A DNA stretch of 60,674 nucleotides, the filler included, from Diploschistes diacapsis (lineage: Eukaryota), in NCBI GenBank assembly GCA_023645945.1. It is 7 parts of 7 records of this genome, joined end to end, with 100 filler letters (N's around TTAATTAATTAA, not from the genome) between each part and the next. Parts side by side here need not be neighbours in the genome. Positions count along the whole stretch, not along the records: positions 44,459 to 49,800 come from JALAIB010001564.1; positions 49,901 to 55,237 come from JALAIB010001565.1; positions 55,338 to 60,674 come from JALAIB010001566.1; 4 more parts are not named here. One strand, 5' to 3'. The notes below the pieces were generated by a model that saw nothing but the letters and a program-made list of their open reading frames with translations, had not been told where the DNA came from and searched no databases. The stretch's first letter is position 1; each line of letters begins with the position of its first letter. The translations under genes and the position numbers were made by a program. Positions 47,503-60,674 of this stretch are shown piece after piece.

Positions 47503-48893
47503 ATGGTATTTGCTGATAGCGGACAAGGCACTACTTTGATCGCACTCTATATGGCTTTCTTGTGCCTTGCTATTCTTGCATTTGCCCTACGCCTCTGGGC
47601 CCGTGGATTGCGATACATGCAGCTCAACGACTGGTTGCTACTGATCGCTGTGCTCTTTCAGATATGTCAAAGCATAATCGATGTTCTCAGTATGTCTTTG
47701 AGGAATGTTCAGAGCCTAATCTAGGCTGATATAAGATGGTAGATGTCAAATATGGGAGTCTTGCTCTGCCTCAGGGGCATGTCTCGGATAGTCCATCTTT
47801 TTATGCCGGCAAGGTGAGCTTACCATAGTAAACCGCCTCTACAATCCATTGAAACTCTGCTGACAATCTAGCTCTAGCTCGGTTTCACCAGTGCACTACT
47901 CTGGAATCTCCCAATGCTTTTCATAAAGCTATCCGTGCTTCATTACTATACCATGCTCTTCACGGGTGTTCATAGGAGCTTCTCCGTGGCTTGCAAGGTT
48001 GTTATGGCTGTAGTGACCTTGTACTTTGTTATCTGCACCATGATTGTTGTGCTTAGATGCATCCCTATATCCAAGAGCTGGGACCAGTCTGCACCAGGGG
48101 CTTGTATCAGCGGAAGCGAGCGTATGGTCATCCCTGCTGCATTCAACCTGATCATCGAGGTTTTCATTATAGCGCTGCCGACGCGAGTAATATGGCGTCT
48201 AAGAATTGACCCGTCGAAGCGACTCCTTGTTCTTGTGTTTGGGGCAGGTTGGCTGTTAGTTACCAGCAACTACATTTGACGTCGATCAAGCTAATCGTTT
48301 CCAGTTTCTGTATTGCACCTGCCATACGTATCTACTACGCATCGCAGCAGGACCATTTTCATAAGATAAATTATTATCTCACGACCAACCTTGAGCCTGA
48401 TCTGGGCATCATAGTTGCATGTCTACCACTACTGCGGCCTGTACCATGGAAATTGGCTATACTTTTGCGACTACGTAGCGCAACGAGATCGCCATCCTCT
48501 CAAACCAACGAAAAAGGCTCGATGAACTTGGGTACGAAGGCATCCTCAGCGTCTCTAAAAATAAAGGAGTTTGCATTGTCTCCTAGGACTGAAGGATGCC
48601 TTTTACTACAAAGCCCACTGAGCCCGAAGAAGTCACCCCCGCCCCCTTATAGAAGTGGAAGCCAGCAAAGTCCAACTATCCCCCCTGCTAAGATTATGCG
48701 TTCCCACCAGAATAGCCACCGCGACAATCGCAAAAACTTTGAGGGAATGCTTACCACGCAGGAACAGACCGATGAGATAGCAGGCGTGAAACCGGCCAGG
48801 GATGAGTGTCTAGAACTGAAGGGCGATACGTTTCCGCCCAAGGACAGCCGCAAGAACATCAGCCTCTTTCCAAAGTCAAAACCTTGTAGATAG
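47503..48893 (+). CDS. PTH11-like (fungal rhodopsin-domain) integral membrane protein, intact, 4 exons
   Basis: LRLWAR...NDWL, FIKLSVLHYY, CIPISKSWD...GAC, FNLIIEVFIIALP and LEPDLGIIVACLPLLRP. Three GT-AG introns keep the frame. Confidence 0.85.
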
Positions 48894-49031
48894 AAACTCT
48901 GATCGTGGTGGTCGTCAGTTAAATAAGCAGTTACTGTTGTATCACATATTTCTCTGAAGCACGTCGCCTTTATCTCCCTTCTACTCAGACCTCCTCGCCC
49001 ATCCATATTCTATTGGTCCACCCTATTCTCA

Positions 49032-49800
49032 CTACCTCCTCTTCGCCTCCCTCACCATAAAATACTCCACATGCCCAACATCCTCCATCGCAAACTCACC
49101 AACAACCCGAAATCCGTACCTCTCATAAATCGGCCTCGCCACCACATTAGCCTCCAGATAACACGGCACCTCAAGCCCGTCCGCGCGCTGCAGCCCCCAC
49201 CTAATCATTTGCCCCGCCGCCCCTCTGCCCTGATGCTCCGGCAACGTCGCAACGATCTCCAAATCTGATCACCGGAAAGGTCAGTACACTCGGCCTCCTC
49301 CTTAACCAACACAAAGCATCAAAGACAGGCCAAACATCTGACAAAGGTCGTTTCGTTACTCACAGCAATACGCCGCCTCCCCCATGATCGCCCTCCGCCG
49401 CCGCGCAAGCTCCCCGAAAAACCGATCCGCCAGCTCCACCACCGTGCCGTCCGCCCACTCGGGCAGCGCGTCCGGGTCGTCCCCGCCGCCGCCGCCCCCG
49501 AGACGCCCGTCCGCTTGGCGCACGGGGATGTTCCACTTGGCGTACGCTATGATCTTTCCTTGCGAGTCCGGCGGCGGGGCGGTGGTGCCGGTGTCTTCGG
49601 GGGTGCTTGTTTCGTGGGGGGTTTCCGTGTCTACTACGACTTTGAGAAAGTTGGCTTCGGGCTGGGTGCGGTAGTCTGCTGCGTTGGTGGCCGTCCACCA
49701 GGTGTCGATCGAGGGGAGGGTGAGCGGGTTTCGGGGAAACACGCGGAGGGAGACGGAGTCGTGCGAAAAGGCGGCGAGGTAGAGGGGGGCGAGGAGGGGG
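49032..49800 (-). CDS. GNAT-family N-acetyltransferase (5' end truncated by the contig edge)
   Basis: KIIAYAKW, motif A ATLPEHQGRGAA and CYLEA...PIYERYGF; one intron. Confidence 0.88.
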
Positions 49801-49900
49801 NNNNNNNNNNNNNNNNNNNNNNNNNNNNNNNNNNNNNNNNNNNNTTAATTAATTAANNNNNNNNNNNNNNNNNNNNNNNNNNNNNNNNNNNNNNNNNNNN
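49801..49900. other. Artificial contig linker
   Basis: N44-TTAATTAATTAA-N44. Confidence 0.98.
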
Positions 49901-50753
49901 AGCTCTCCGCTTCCCTGCCCCCCAGCCGGACCGGACCGATCCTTCACCCTCCTTCCTCCCCTCCCCTTCGCCATGGCGGGCAACAGATCGATCAAGAAGC
50001 TGAGCACCCAGAACGTGAAAACGAGCGCAATCACCCACTCCGTCACGGCCGCAGCGTTGCGCGCCGACCTGTTCGTGACGCCAAAGACGATGGCGAGCGC
50101 GACCTCGAGCAGGATGAACGCGAGCTTGACCCAGAAGCTGATGCGCAGGACGCGGTGCTGACGGTTCTTGGCGCCCAGCCGCTGGAACTCAGCGCAGAGG
50201 AAGATGGCGCTGACGACGTACCCCACGATGAAGACCGCGAGGAAGGCGTCGTGCATGCGCGGGTAGTGCGCCGTGTCGAAGACGCTGAGGCAGATCAGGC
50301 CGACAGTGCCGACGAGCGCGGCGAGGATGGCGAGCCCGGAGAGCACCTTTTCGACGACCGTCGTGTTGCGGACGAGGGTGCCTTTGTGCCGCAGCCAGCG
50401 GTCCGCAGCAAAGGAGGCGTCGAGGAAGACGGTTGTGACGCAGGAGCCGGCGATGAAGAGGGGTTTCAACTCGGTGGCGCCGACGTCGGAGATGTAGGCG
50501 ATTGATTGGTTGGATTCCATGGAGGAATAGTGCGGGGAGGAATTGGCGAGCCAGTAGATTAGCATGGCGAGGAGCATGCCTGATGGGTGGGTGGGAGGTG
50601 TTAGCTATGCTGTTCTTTGGATTGTTGTACGTGTTGTGGACTGTACGATCTCGGGGCGGGAGCTTTGTAGAGGGTTGGGGGTGTCTGTGGGGAGTACGTA
50701 CCTATCCAGACGACGGCGCTGATTATGGGGAAGAGCCAGAAGGAGACGAACAT
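49901..50753 (-). CDS. SFK1: Frag1/DRAM/Sfk1-family membrane protein (3' end truncated)
   Basis: MFVSFWLFPIISAVVWI, intron, GMLLAML...IAYISDVGATELKPLFIAG, LSVFDT, SFWVKL and AAVTEWVIA. Confidence 0.82.
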
Positions 50754-51532
50754 GATGAGCGGATGGGGAGGTCGTTGCTCTGGCGTATAGAATTGACTAT
50801 TGATCTCTAAGTCTTGTGGTGGCTTCTGCAGCCAATACAACAGGCTTTGGCAGGAACGATACCGGCTCGAAGACGCGACCCGCTTTTGTTGAGGTTACAA
50901 GAAGTAAACAGTCACTGACAGAAAGACTAGAGATGCACAAGAAGGGTATTCGACAGCTTATGAACCGCTTGTGGATGAGGAGCCAACGCGCAAAAGAGGA
51001 AGCGTCTGGTGGGAATGAGAAACGAGGAAGGATTACAAAAGTGCTTCCCTGCGATGACCGATGACGGATGGCCAATAGGCCATGACGTCGACTCACGCAA
51101 TAAACAAAAAACTGGGCGGTTGAGCCACAGTGGCTGCAGCCATAGTTGTTAGCACAGCCACTTGGATTCGGCTTAAACTGAATGTGAACCCTTGTATGCG
51201 TCGCTTAATGAGGCAAAAAAGCAACTTATGCGATCCGTACGCGATTACCGAAAAGGGGCAAGCCACACCATGCTTGACGTCACTCAACGCCTTTATCCCA
51301 GGCGGGAGCAACTCCAAAGACCAAGCGCTCAACGAGTCTCATAGTTTGAGCATTTCCTTGCGTTTGCCTGTCAATTCAGACTTCTTGGATTTCCGCGGTT
51401 AACGATGCACATTCAGATATTGCTGTGATATTGGCTCAGCGCGCCTCGACCGCGATCCTTCAGAAACGCCGTTTTACGAACCGTTAGACGCCCGTTTCTG
51501 TTTACCTCCCTAGCGCATCCAGGGCGAACACA

Positions 51533-54500
51533 ATGTCGGCGGCGAATGGGAAGTCCAAGGACAATAAACTACCAGATCAAGGTCTGAAGTCCTCCCGATA
51601 ATTCTTGACCATTTTGCTGATATTCACAGCTGCCACCGCTGCACTTTATATGACCGGCGGATCTAAGCAGCATGCATCCAACTATCCTCTGGACGCCGAC
51701 AACAAGTTGTCCTCCGCAAGTGAGTTGAATCCGCGCGACTGTGCTACTTATCTAATCATTTCAAAAAGGCGCTGCCATGTCTCTGAAACGCGCCGATCCT
51801 CGCGACCTGCCCTCCTATCCCGTCACTGGACTCGCAAACAAAGACTCATCTGCCGGAGCGGCAGCAAGTATAGCCGCAGCCAACAAAAAGTCATTTGAGC
51901 ACTGGAAGCCAGGTGTGATTCCACCCGCGAACAAGGCTGCACTCCTTGCCAAGGACTACAAGGCGGCACCGTTGTGGCAGCCCGAAGAGAGCGCTGCCGG
52001 TTCAAAGGCGGCTTTGATAGCGCACAGGAGCGGGGCCCACGTGGAGGCTTGGCATCCTGACGCAACCTCGGATGGCAACTCTGCAGCTGGCATAGCGATG
52101 CGAAGCAAATTGAAGAGCCCGGCTGCCTACGCCGGGGTAGAGGCCGAGTCACACAGCAAGGCCTTAAAGGCCGCGACGGGGGCACTGTCTACGAGAAGAA
52201 GGTCCGGATCTTTACCGGCGGCACGCTCATACGAGTACCCCGATTCCACCAACTCCGCCAAGAATGCGCTCAACGCCGCAACAAAGGCCGCGAGACCCTC
52301 GAAGCCGGCTCAGCCGCCACCAAACGATCTTCCGGGTCTGTCAGACGAGGACGCTACTCGTATACACAATGCCGCGATCACGAACCTGAGCAAGGAGATG
52401 TATACGTCACATCCGCCGGTAAAGCCAGAAGTCGAGGAAAGGAACAGGCAGGCTGGGTTGAAGGCCGCTGCCATGTCCATGGCGAAGACCATGTACGATG
52501 CCCAGCAGAAGGTATTGGAGAATTCCGCTGGCCAGGACTCCGAAAGTCACCAAGCAGCAAGAAGTAGCCATAATCGGCAACCTTCCGTGGAGCCGGACAG
52601 ACGCGAGCAAGCGATGCAGTACATCAATCTGCAGGCTGCCGCGCAGAAGCTAGCTGCCGAGCGACTGGCCAAGCTCGACGACGCGAACGCAGATTATCGG
52701 AGCTACTATGGGACGAATTTACCGACGAGATCGCGAATGTCGCTAAGGGGCCGTAGAAGATCGTCAAGTGATGGCGGGCTGTCCGACACCGACAAAGTAC
52801 GATCAGAAAAGATTCGGTCAGAGATGTCACTGTTCAACAGCAAGTTGGCTGAAGTGGACGCAAAGAAGAGACAACAAGATCGCGATGCCCTCATGGCTGC
52901 TGCCCAAAGGAATGTGGCCAAGAATATGCAAGGCCTCGACGACAAAGTCTTTCAGGAAACTGGCAGGGCGTCTCCCGCAATGCAAGCGGAATGGGAAACC
53001 AAAGCAAGGGAACGGGCCGAGGCGGAGAGCAAAGTTAGGATGCAGAACTATGGCAAAGTCCATATCGGCGGAGGCAAGTACCTTGACCAATCAGATGTAG
53101 ATGCCATTGCCGCAAAGCGAGTTCAGCCTACTTTGGATGATATCACGGAAAAGGCTGAAGAGCAAAGAGCGCTTGAAGAGAAGAGGAGGCAAGAAGCCGA
53201 AGAAGAGCGACGGCTTGCCGAAGAAAAGGCGGCTGAAGAGAGGGAAAGGAATAAGCAGACGAAACATGTCTGGTCACAATTCAAAGGTAATGGCGTACTA
53301 CGAAGCGAAAATATTAAAGCTAACTACAAGCTAGCACAAGAGAAGGAGAAGAAAAAGGCCCAGAAGGAAGAAGAAGCAGCGAACAAGATTTACGAAGCTA
53401 CAGCGGTGCAGCAGGACCGCAGGGCTGAAGCGCACGAGCATCGAGAGGCCACTGTGGAGATGTCCAAAATTGAACAGGAGCGCGAAGCAAAGTCAAAGCA
53501 AGAGTGGCAGCGCTACCAAGGTACACAGTAAAACCAGATGTTTTTGGGATTCTTCGCTGACTATAAACAGACGAAGAGAAGCAGGCAAAAAGGGCGCAGA
53601 AAGAAGACGAGAAAGCCAAGAAAGCGGAGCAGAAGCGTGCCCGTGAAGCCGAGCTAAAGGCTTTGAAAGAGCAAGAGAAGACGAGAAAGGAGGAGGAGAA
53701 AGCGAGGAAGGCGCAGGAGAAGCGAAAGTCAAGAGGCGCTTCTCTTGCTACCATGGCCACTGTAACTGGTATTGGCGAAAGGGAGAAGGAGAAGGAAGAT
53801 AAGAAGGAAAAGGAGACAGACGACAAGAAGGAAGCCAAGGGCAAGTCACCGGAACGTATCGAGACACAACCTCATATTATCGAGGACAAGTCTTCAGTAC
53901 CTATTGACCACTGGGTCGACGAAGAAGCCCCAGAACCCAACGTCCAGCTGCAGCCGCTGGAAGGAAAAGCTGCAGAGCCCAAAACGTCAGACGAAGCAGC
54001 CGTCACCTCCGAACCAGAAGACGCACCAGCCGAAGAACCAAGGAAGCCGCTTATGGAAGCCCCCAAAGCCGGCATCCTCCAAGCCGCCACCATCGGCATT
54101 GCCAAACCCGCAGCTCAGCAAACCAGCTCCACCGGACCCAAGGAAGAGCACACCTCCCCTCGCGAACAAGGCCGCGTCAGCTCATGGTTAAAATCGAAAT
54201 TCGGCCGCCGCGGCTCTCGTTCCGCCAACGCCTCCGAATCTGGCCCCTCTTCCTCAAAACTCACCAAATCCCCCGCGCCCGTCTCCCGCGAGAAACCAAA
54301 ATCTCCCGCAACGACCACGATAGAACCAATCACAAACCTTCCCATCGACCCCGCCAAAGCAACTCCCGGCTTCGGCACAGACAATATCCCCCATATCGCC
54401 GCGGCCTCTGAATCCGCCGCCCACGACCACGACCACAACCATCCCTCATCTTCCTCCGCCACCGCCGCCAAATTTGAACCCGACACCGCGCACGACCGCG

Positions 54501-55237
54501 AGCACTCCCAAACCGCCGGCCCAACAACCGGCCTCCCCATCGCCCCCTCGAAGTCCAACCTCGACTTCGACACAGACTCTGTCCCGCACGACCGCGACCC
54601 GGCCAACCCCTCGGAGGCCGTGGGCGCCGGCAGCGGTCGCTCTGCCGCCACTCCCGAGCACCCACAGACCCGCACCACGACGCTCGACTCAGAGCGGGAA
54701 ATCGCCCTCGCGGGCCGCGGTGCGCTGGTGTCGCACCCCGTGCCCGGCACCACCGGTGTCAGAGTTGCAGGCGAAGGCGTGGCGGCCGAGCACCATCATC
54801 GCCGCAGCAACAGCGAAAGCAGGGACTCGGAAGCGGGAGCGGAATCGAGCGAGATCTCCTCGCTCTCGGACTCGGACGAAGATCTGGACACGTTCGTGTC
54901 GCCGGACGCCGAGCGGGAGATGGAGATGGGGACGGAGATGCCGACGCACGCAGCGGCAGCGGCAGCGGACGGCTCGGCCTCAGGTCTCGCCCCGCAGGAC
55001 GCGGCACCGGGCAAACGAGAAGCAGAAGCAGACGCGGACGCGGACGCGGACGCGGACGCAGACGAGGGGCCAGCGGGAGGGAAACAGGCCGAGGAAAAGG
55101 CACAGCGAGAAGGAGACGCGGGAGAGGAATTCGAAGAAGCCCGCGACGCGTTCGACACCGAGGAGATGCTGGCGCCGCGGCCGCGGTTCGTGGAGGAGGA
55201 GCGCGCGCTGATGGGGCGGGGGAATCCGAGGGGGAGG
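51533..55237 (+). CDS. Eisosome protein 1 (Eis1/Seg1-like) coiled-coil protein, multi-exon, 3' end truncated
   Basis: AATAALY, KLSSA-SAAMSLK, INLQAAAQKLAAERLAKL and GKVHIGGGKYLDQSDVDAIAAKRVQPTLDDI, followed by an E/K-rich coiled coil. Confidence 0.8.
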
Positions 55238-55337
55238 NNNNNNNNNNNNNNNNNNNNNNNNNNNNNNNNNNNNNNNNNNNNTTAATTAATTAANNNNNNN
55301 NNNNNNNNNNNNNNNNNNNNNNNNNNNNNNNNNNNNN
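55238..55337. other. Artificial contig linker
   Basis: N44-TTAATTAATTAA-N44. Confidence 0.98.
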
Positions 55338-55772
55338 CTGATACTGGGGCTTGAAGTTTGCGGGGTTAGAGGACGATTGATGTTTTATGTACGGATCCGC
55401 CTCTGTCAAGTAGATGAGGGAGAAGGGGGGGGGGGTTGATTCTAGAATTGTAATGGTTTAGGGTGGGTTGCGGAGCAGGATCTGGCTGCATAGGCTGGGT
55501 TGTATTATGGGATATATGTTGTGATAGAAGGTGGGCATGATCATGGTGTGTTGTGCGTTTTGGGGTTTCTTCGGATTCATATAATACTGCCTCTGTAGTA
55601 CCTCTGTAGTTTACGAAAATCAATGTAAATATTTACTAGACGATTGGTCAATGGATGCTGGAGGCTGGAGAAGTCACGCACTTGCGTGCTCGCAACCGTA
55701 TACACGCCTCATCTGATGTAGTGCTACGCTGTGCTCAAAGGTTCGAAAGCTAAGAGCCAGCCTCGTCTGCTG

Positions 55773-57409
55773 CTATCCATCACACCTACCCACCCATCTG
55801 GGCCAAGCCACAACGTCCCTCACGCTCTCTTCACCACTCAAGTAACAGAGTAGCCGGTCGAATCCCAGCCCAAAACCACCATGCGGCACACTCCCCCACC
55901 GCCGCAGATCAAGGTACCAGTCCAGGTTGCCCCCTTTGTCTCCCGATAGTCCGTGCTTCCGCATCGAGGACACAAGATCCTCGAGCCTGTGCTCTCGTAG
56001 AGAACCGCCGGCGACTTCGGCAACATCCGGAAGGAGGAGGTCGAAGTTCGCGACTGTTTTGCCATCCTTATGAACATTTCCTTCCATATCATCCGTGGAT
56101 GCCTGCGCGCCCCTTGAGGTTGTGTCTGAAGGAAGCATATAGAAGGGCTTCAAGTGTCTTGGGTAATCCGTCACAAAGACAGGCCCACCCAGGCCCACAG
56201 CCGAGGCGAGATGCCTCTCATGCTCGAGCTGCAGGCTCGTGCCCCAGGCCACGCGGTGTTGAAACACAACCCTCCCTTCGGTGACGGCAACCTGGAGCAG
56301 TTCAATGGCGCGGGTGTAGGTGATGCGAGGCCAGAGTGCGGCTTTCAGACCGGCCAAGCGCGAGCGGAGGGCTCGTGCTTGGCTAACGTCGTCTTCTCTT
56401 CCGGCCCCGTGTGCTATGGAGGTCTGCAACAGCTCGTTGCCAACGCGAGAATTGCCAACTTTTGTCGCTACGTATCGTATGAGACCCTCGACCAAGTCCA
56501 TTACTTCATCAAGTTGCTCGGTGCGTAGCTCCGCCTCGAGCATGTAGAACTCGCTCAGATGACGGGGTGTGTCGCTGCGCTCCGCGCGGAAGGTCGGTGA
56601 AAGGGTCCATACGGCTCGATGCTCGTGGACATAGGCCTCCAGGTGTAACTGGGAGGAAACGGTAAGGTATTTGGACGTGCGGAAGTACTCTTCATTCTCA
56701 CCCTCCCTTGCAACTTTGTCGTGTGGGCGGATGGTGAAGACCTCCCCAGCGCCTTCGCAGTCGGAGGACGTGATGAGTGGTGGATGTACGCGGACGTAAG
56801 AGCGGGTGTTCAAAAACTCGGCAATGTACCACTCGCAGTCAGAACGGAGACGGGCGAGGAGGGCGTTGAAGGGGGTACGGAGGCGGAGGTGTGGGACAGT
56901 GCGTAGGTATTCAGACGTGTGATATTTCTTCTGGATGGGGTACGTCTCCGGATTGGCACTACCTACAATCTTGACCTGCTCTGCGTGCAGCTCGTGGGAT
57001 TGATTCAGCCCCGGAGGGCACGCGCGCAAGTGCCCGATTATGCTGACCGCGGTTCCGGTGCCTATACTAATTGATAGATCATAAGCCGAGAGCGTATTCA
57101 GAGGTCAAGAGATAGGACATACCCTTTAGCTTCGGAAGGTTTGATGATCACCTGAAGCTCCTCCGTTGTTGAACCATCACCAATCTTTGCGAATGAAATC
57201 CGCTTTTGGTTTCGAATGGTTCGAACATGGCCGCTGATCTCAGTAAGGTGCCGCTCATCCTGGTGTATATTGGCCTTTGCCGAGTCGAGAATGGCAGCTA
57301 TGGTTTGTTTTGCATTGTGATCTTTGGAAAACTTCCTCAACGAGATTTCTTGCGCACATTTGATGTTGAGTTGCGACAGGGGTACTCTACTTATAGAGCG
57401 CCATAGCAT
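55773..57409 (-). CDS. SLM5: Mitochondrial asparaginyl-tRNA synthetase
   Basis: Arg-rich presequence MLWRSISR, OB-fold FAKIGDGS, SSDCEGAGEVF, YLTVSSQLHLE, PTFRAERSDTPRHLSEFYMLE and motif 3 PHGGFGLGFDRL; one intron. Confidence 0.92.
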
Positions 57410-57753
57410 CCTCAAGCCTGCGAGACTTCCCTGTATCTATACTGCCACCGTTAGATTGTCAAGTCGAAGGCAGTATTCACTCTTTGGTAGTCGGGCGTTA
57501 GGCAAAAAGGCCCAACGATGGGCTTGCATTGGGCGGTCGCCAATTGCAGCGGAAGGCTTAAGGAGTCGAAGAGCTGTACTTTATATCTCAAGACTTCTGG
57601 AAAGCGCGCAGCCCAGACTTGGGCATTGAAGACGAAATCTACCGTATATAGGGCCGACAAAGGTGTTGCTATAACAGAGTAAGCATTGAAGGAGCGGCAA
57701 ACCGACAAGTCGTATATATATATAAGCGAAAACAATTATTCGGCGGATATACG

Positions 57754-57776
57754 TACATACATACATACATACATAC
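57754..57776. repeat. (TACA)n microsatellite in a divergent promoter
   Basis: Read directly. Confidence 0.8.
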
Positions 57777-57992
57777 TTTCTTCTTCCGCGCACGACTCTT
57801 TGATAGCACACTTTTGCAAACATCTCAGAGGTGTTAGATAATTTTGATACAGTCTAATCTACTGTGAGGCATCTATGCTGTTATTCAAACGGCAGCCCTC
57901 CGTTGATGCCTAATCTCCACGAGACTTGACTCTCCTCCCTAGAGTCTCTCGACGTTGACATCATCAGTTCACCAACCATACCGATAGCCGAA

Positions 57993-60107
57993 ATGGGTGC
58001 CCCACGCAGGAGGAATCTCATCGCGAGCAGGAGGAGGATGGACGATGACGGGGAAGAGGAGGGTTCTGTTATTGTTGGGCAAGAGGATGACCTCTCCAGC
58101 TTGGGGTCTGCGCCAAGTGAGGGCGATGTCGACGCTGATGCCGATGGCGAAGGCAGCGATGGAAGCGACGCCGCAGCATTTCGGAAAGCTGGAGCGAAGA
58201 GAAGGAACGGCTATAGTACTACACGCGCCAGTACTGTGAAGATGCCGGAACAATCATCTGCTGCCAAGCCTACGGATTTGTCCTCAAAAACGACGGATAC
58301 CGAAGCCATGATGAACGGCCTAAAAATATCTGACAATCTAGACAAAGCAGAGACTATTCACTTTGACGACCCTGCTCAAAACTCCATCGGCGCTGAAGCC
58401 CAAGCGGAAAACGCCGAAGAGCCCACTTCAACAAAGATAGAATCTCTTGCAGAGCGACGCAAAAGGGAGCATGAAGAATACAAGAAAAAGAGGGATGAAG
58501 ATCCCGCTTTCGTCCCAAGCCGAGGTGGGTTTTTCATGCATGACCAGAGGAATTCCGCCGCAGGCCAAAATAGCTTCAGACCAGCTACAAGAGGGCGAGG
58601 CAGAGGACGTGGGGGATTAGTAGCGTCGGCTCCCTTCAAGTAGGCATATTTGGACCCCAAAAAGATATAAAAAATTAACATCTGGCAAAGCCCAAATCCA
58701 GCGTCGAACCCTACCGATGCACCATGGGCACATGATCTCCATGAGAGTGTCGCAAATGCGAAGCCGCCAAAGCCCGATACTGCTAAGCCAAGTCAACCCG
58801 TCGTGGTCACTCAACAATACAAATCGTCTGTTCCGGCGCTGACGACACCGCCGCCAAACCGATCTTTTTCACGGTCCACCCACGTTGGTAATGTTCAGTT
58901 GCGGGTTTTCATCCCCGGCATGAAGGATCCCGTTATCTTTTCGGGCGTTCCAGTGCATCAACATACACGGCTTCCTCACCACCGCCCTCCGTTGAGAAGA
59001 GACAAGCCTGTCAGGGTTTCTTTACCCGAATTTCCGCCACGGTATATTTTCCCGGCAATGGATCGTTCATTCATCTTCATTCCTAGGGCGATGAGGCCGA
59101 ATCAGCAAGGATTTGGACGCGGCAGAGGAAGGGCAAGCTTTAGTGTACACGGTGGTTTCGCTAGTGCTCGAAACAGCATCTTTGGTGGTAGTGCGTACAG
59201 CCCGAGCGTTGAGATGAGTAGAAGATCTTCTATCGCCCGAGAGCTGGGTAGGGAAGGCATGGCTTCGCCCGCCGGCTCGGTTATATCAAGAAATCGCAGC
59301 GTGATCATGGACGCGGGCAAACCAGTCGTCCGTCTTCCGCCAAGCATTGACCAAGCTGCCTTCCCCGGTCCGCTTTCTCATCAGCCTCAGTTTGGGGCGA
59401 ACCAGGCCCCTGTCGTAAACTTCCCTCAACCGCAATTTTATCCTCTCCCGCAGAGACCAGTTACTCAGAACTGGACGGGGGCCTTGCCGATGCACCAGCC
59501 TCGACCTCAGAAGCAGGTCTCTGTCGCGGAGATCGAGTCACCTGCTGCGCTCAATTTCCCACCACCACAGCAACAGCAGCAGCAGCCTTTCCACCAACAG
59601 ATGCCCGCGGTGCTAAATGGGCAATCATTCCCGCAAGATCCCAATCTGATGGCCCATTCACGACATCCCTCTCATCCAAGCCAAAAGGGCACTCCGCTAT
59701 CGCAAATTCCAGAGCGCGCTATACATGCTCAACCTTTCCAACCTTATCCATATCAGCAGCCACCTTCGCTCTATCCTCAGCAGTACCCGACGCCCGTTTA
59801 CTATTACGCTCCACCTGGCCCATCAATGGCACCACCTCCTATGGCACCGCCATCCGTGTCTACCCCGGCCTTTGTTACGGGGCAACAGTATGCTTACATG
59901 GTACCGGCAGCAACAATGCCTGCTCCAGCCGAATCGACCAATCAATCGGGCATGGTGGCGCACGAAAGCAACGGCATGGTCTACTATTACGATTCCTCGC
60001 AACTGGCGGCAAACGCGGAAGAAGCAACAAACTACCAACAAATGGCCTTCGTGCCTTCGACAGGTTACATGCTACCTCAAGGCACCGTCTTCTATCCTCC
60101 CCAATGA
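57993..60107 (+). CDS. Btz/CASC3 (Barentsz eIF4AIII-binding) domain protein, 2 exons
   Basis: DPAFVPSRGGFFMHDQR and, after the intron at ~58640-58690, PWAHDLHE. Also HTRLPHHRPPLRRDKPVR and MVAHESNGMVYYYD. Confidence 0.87.
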
Positions 60108-60674
60108 CACACCCCCGGCTTTCTCTCAGTCCCAACCAGGTCGCTGCTTCTTCCTCATAAATGTATTACTGGCGAGAAGACTTGGTTACAGTTGCATTTG
60201 CAAGCGGGTTCATTTGGGTCGTTTATTTCCCGAGCAGGTGTGGCTGGCGAACGAGATTTAGCTGTCATATTCCTATATTTTTGGCAGGCGGCTCGTGGCG
60301 ATCCCTATGCGGACACAGGTCCAACTTAGGAAGACACTCTTTTGCGAGGCGTTTCGGCGAAAAGCTCTTCTGAATTGGCTAGCTGCATGGAAAACAGCAC
60401 TGCCAGTATTATTAGCCAGTCGTAGTAATATTGACTGCCTCTTCCACATTATTATTATTATTATTGTATTATTCTAAGCATCGATAAGGACTCGGTCATG
60501 ATCAGTATCTACTACTTCCCAATCTCCCAGTCCACTCCAATTCCAGATGCATTCTTCATATGTTTGAGCATCTACTAGAGTGTTGCCCCTAGTAACCGAG
60601 CGGACCCTAGTAACCGATCATCCATAAGCGCTTTTTACACCTAAAATGCCCTCCCCTTTTTTATTCATTATAAG

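Noticed and set aside
54115..55211. Overlapping ORFs in several frames
   Set aside because: They are GC-rich shadows of the Eisosome1 C-terminal exon.

Overview
Filamentous ascomycete (Pezizomycotina-type) nuclear DNA with short GT-AG introns and RIP-damaged repeats. The window is not one locus. It is seven contigs joined by artificial 100-bp linkers (N44-TTAATTAATTAA-N44), so gene order across linkers means nothing. Contig 1 (1-27968) holds POP1; a ~14-kb decaying accessory island (MFS pseudogene, PTH11-like pseudogene, P450 pseudogene, one apparently intact P450, modin-like pseudogene); a tRNA-Thr(AGT); POT1; a CCCH zinc-finger gene; and a Gfo/Idh/MocA oxidoreductase. The six ~5.3-kb contigs hold a RIP-degraded Ty3/Gypsy 5' half (LTR, PBS, gag, protease); SEC22, an ASXH-domain gene and TIM8; a small secreted-protein gene and a GH78 fragment; Nudix, PTH11-like and GNAT genes; SFK1-like and Eisosome1 genes; and mitochondrial AsnRS with a Btz/CASC3 gene. 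The standout is the tRNA-Thr(AGT) gene at 20251-20385. A 52-nt insert with full spliceosomal signals (GTAAGT...TACTAAC...TAG) splits its anticodon stem, and it also carries a canonical 10-nt tRNA intron. This suggests a Pol III transcript that needs both the spliceosome and the tRNA splicing endonuclease. Family calls come from motif recognition only; no database searches were run.
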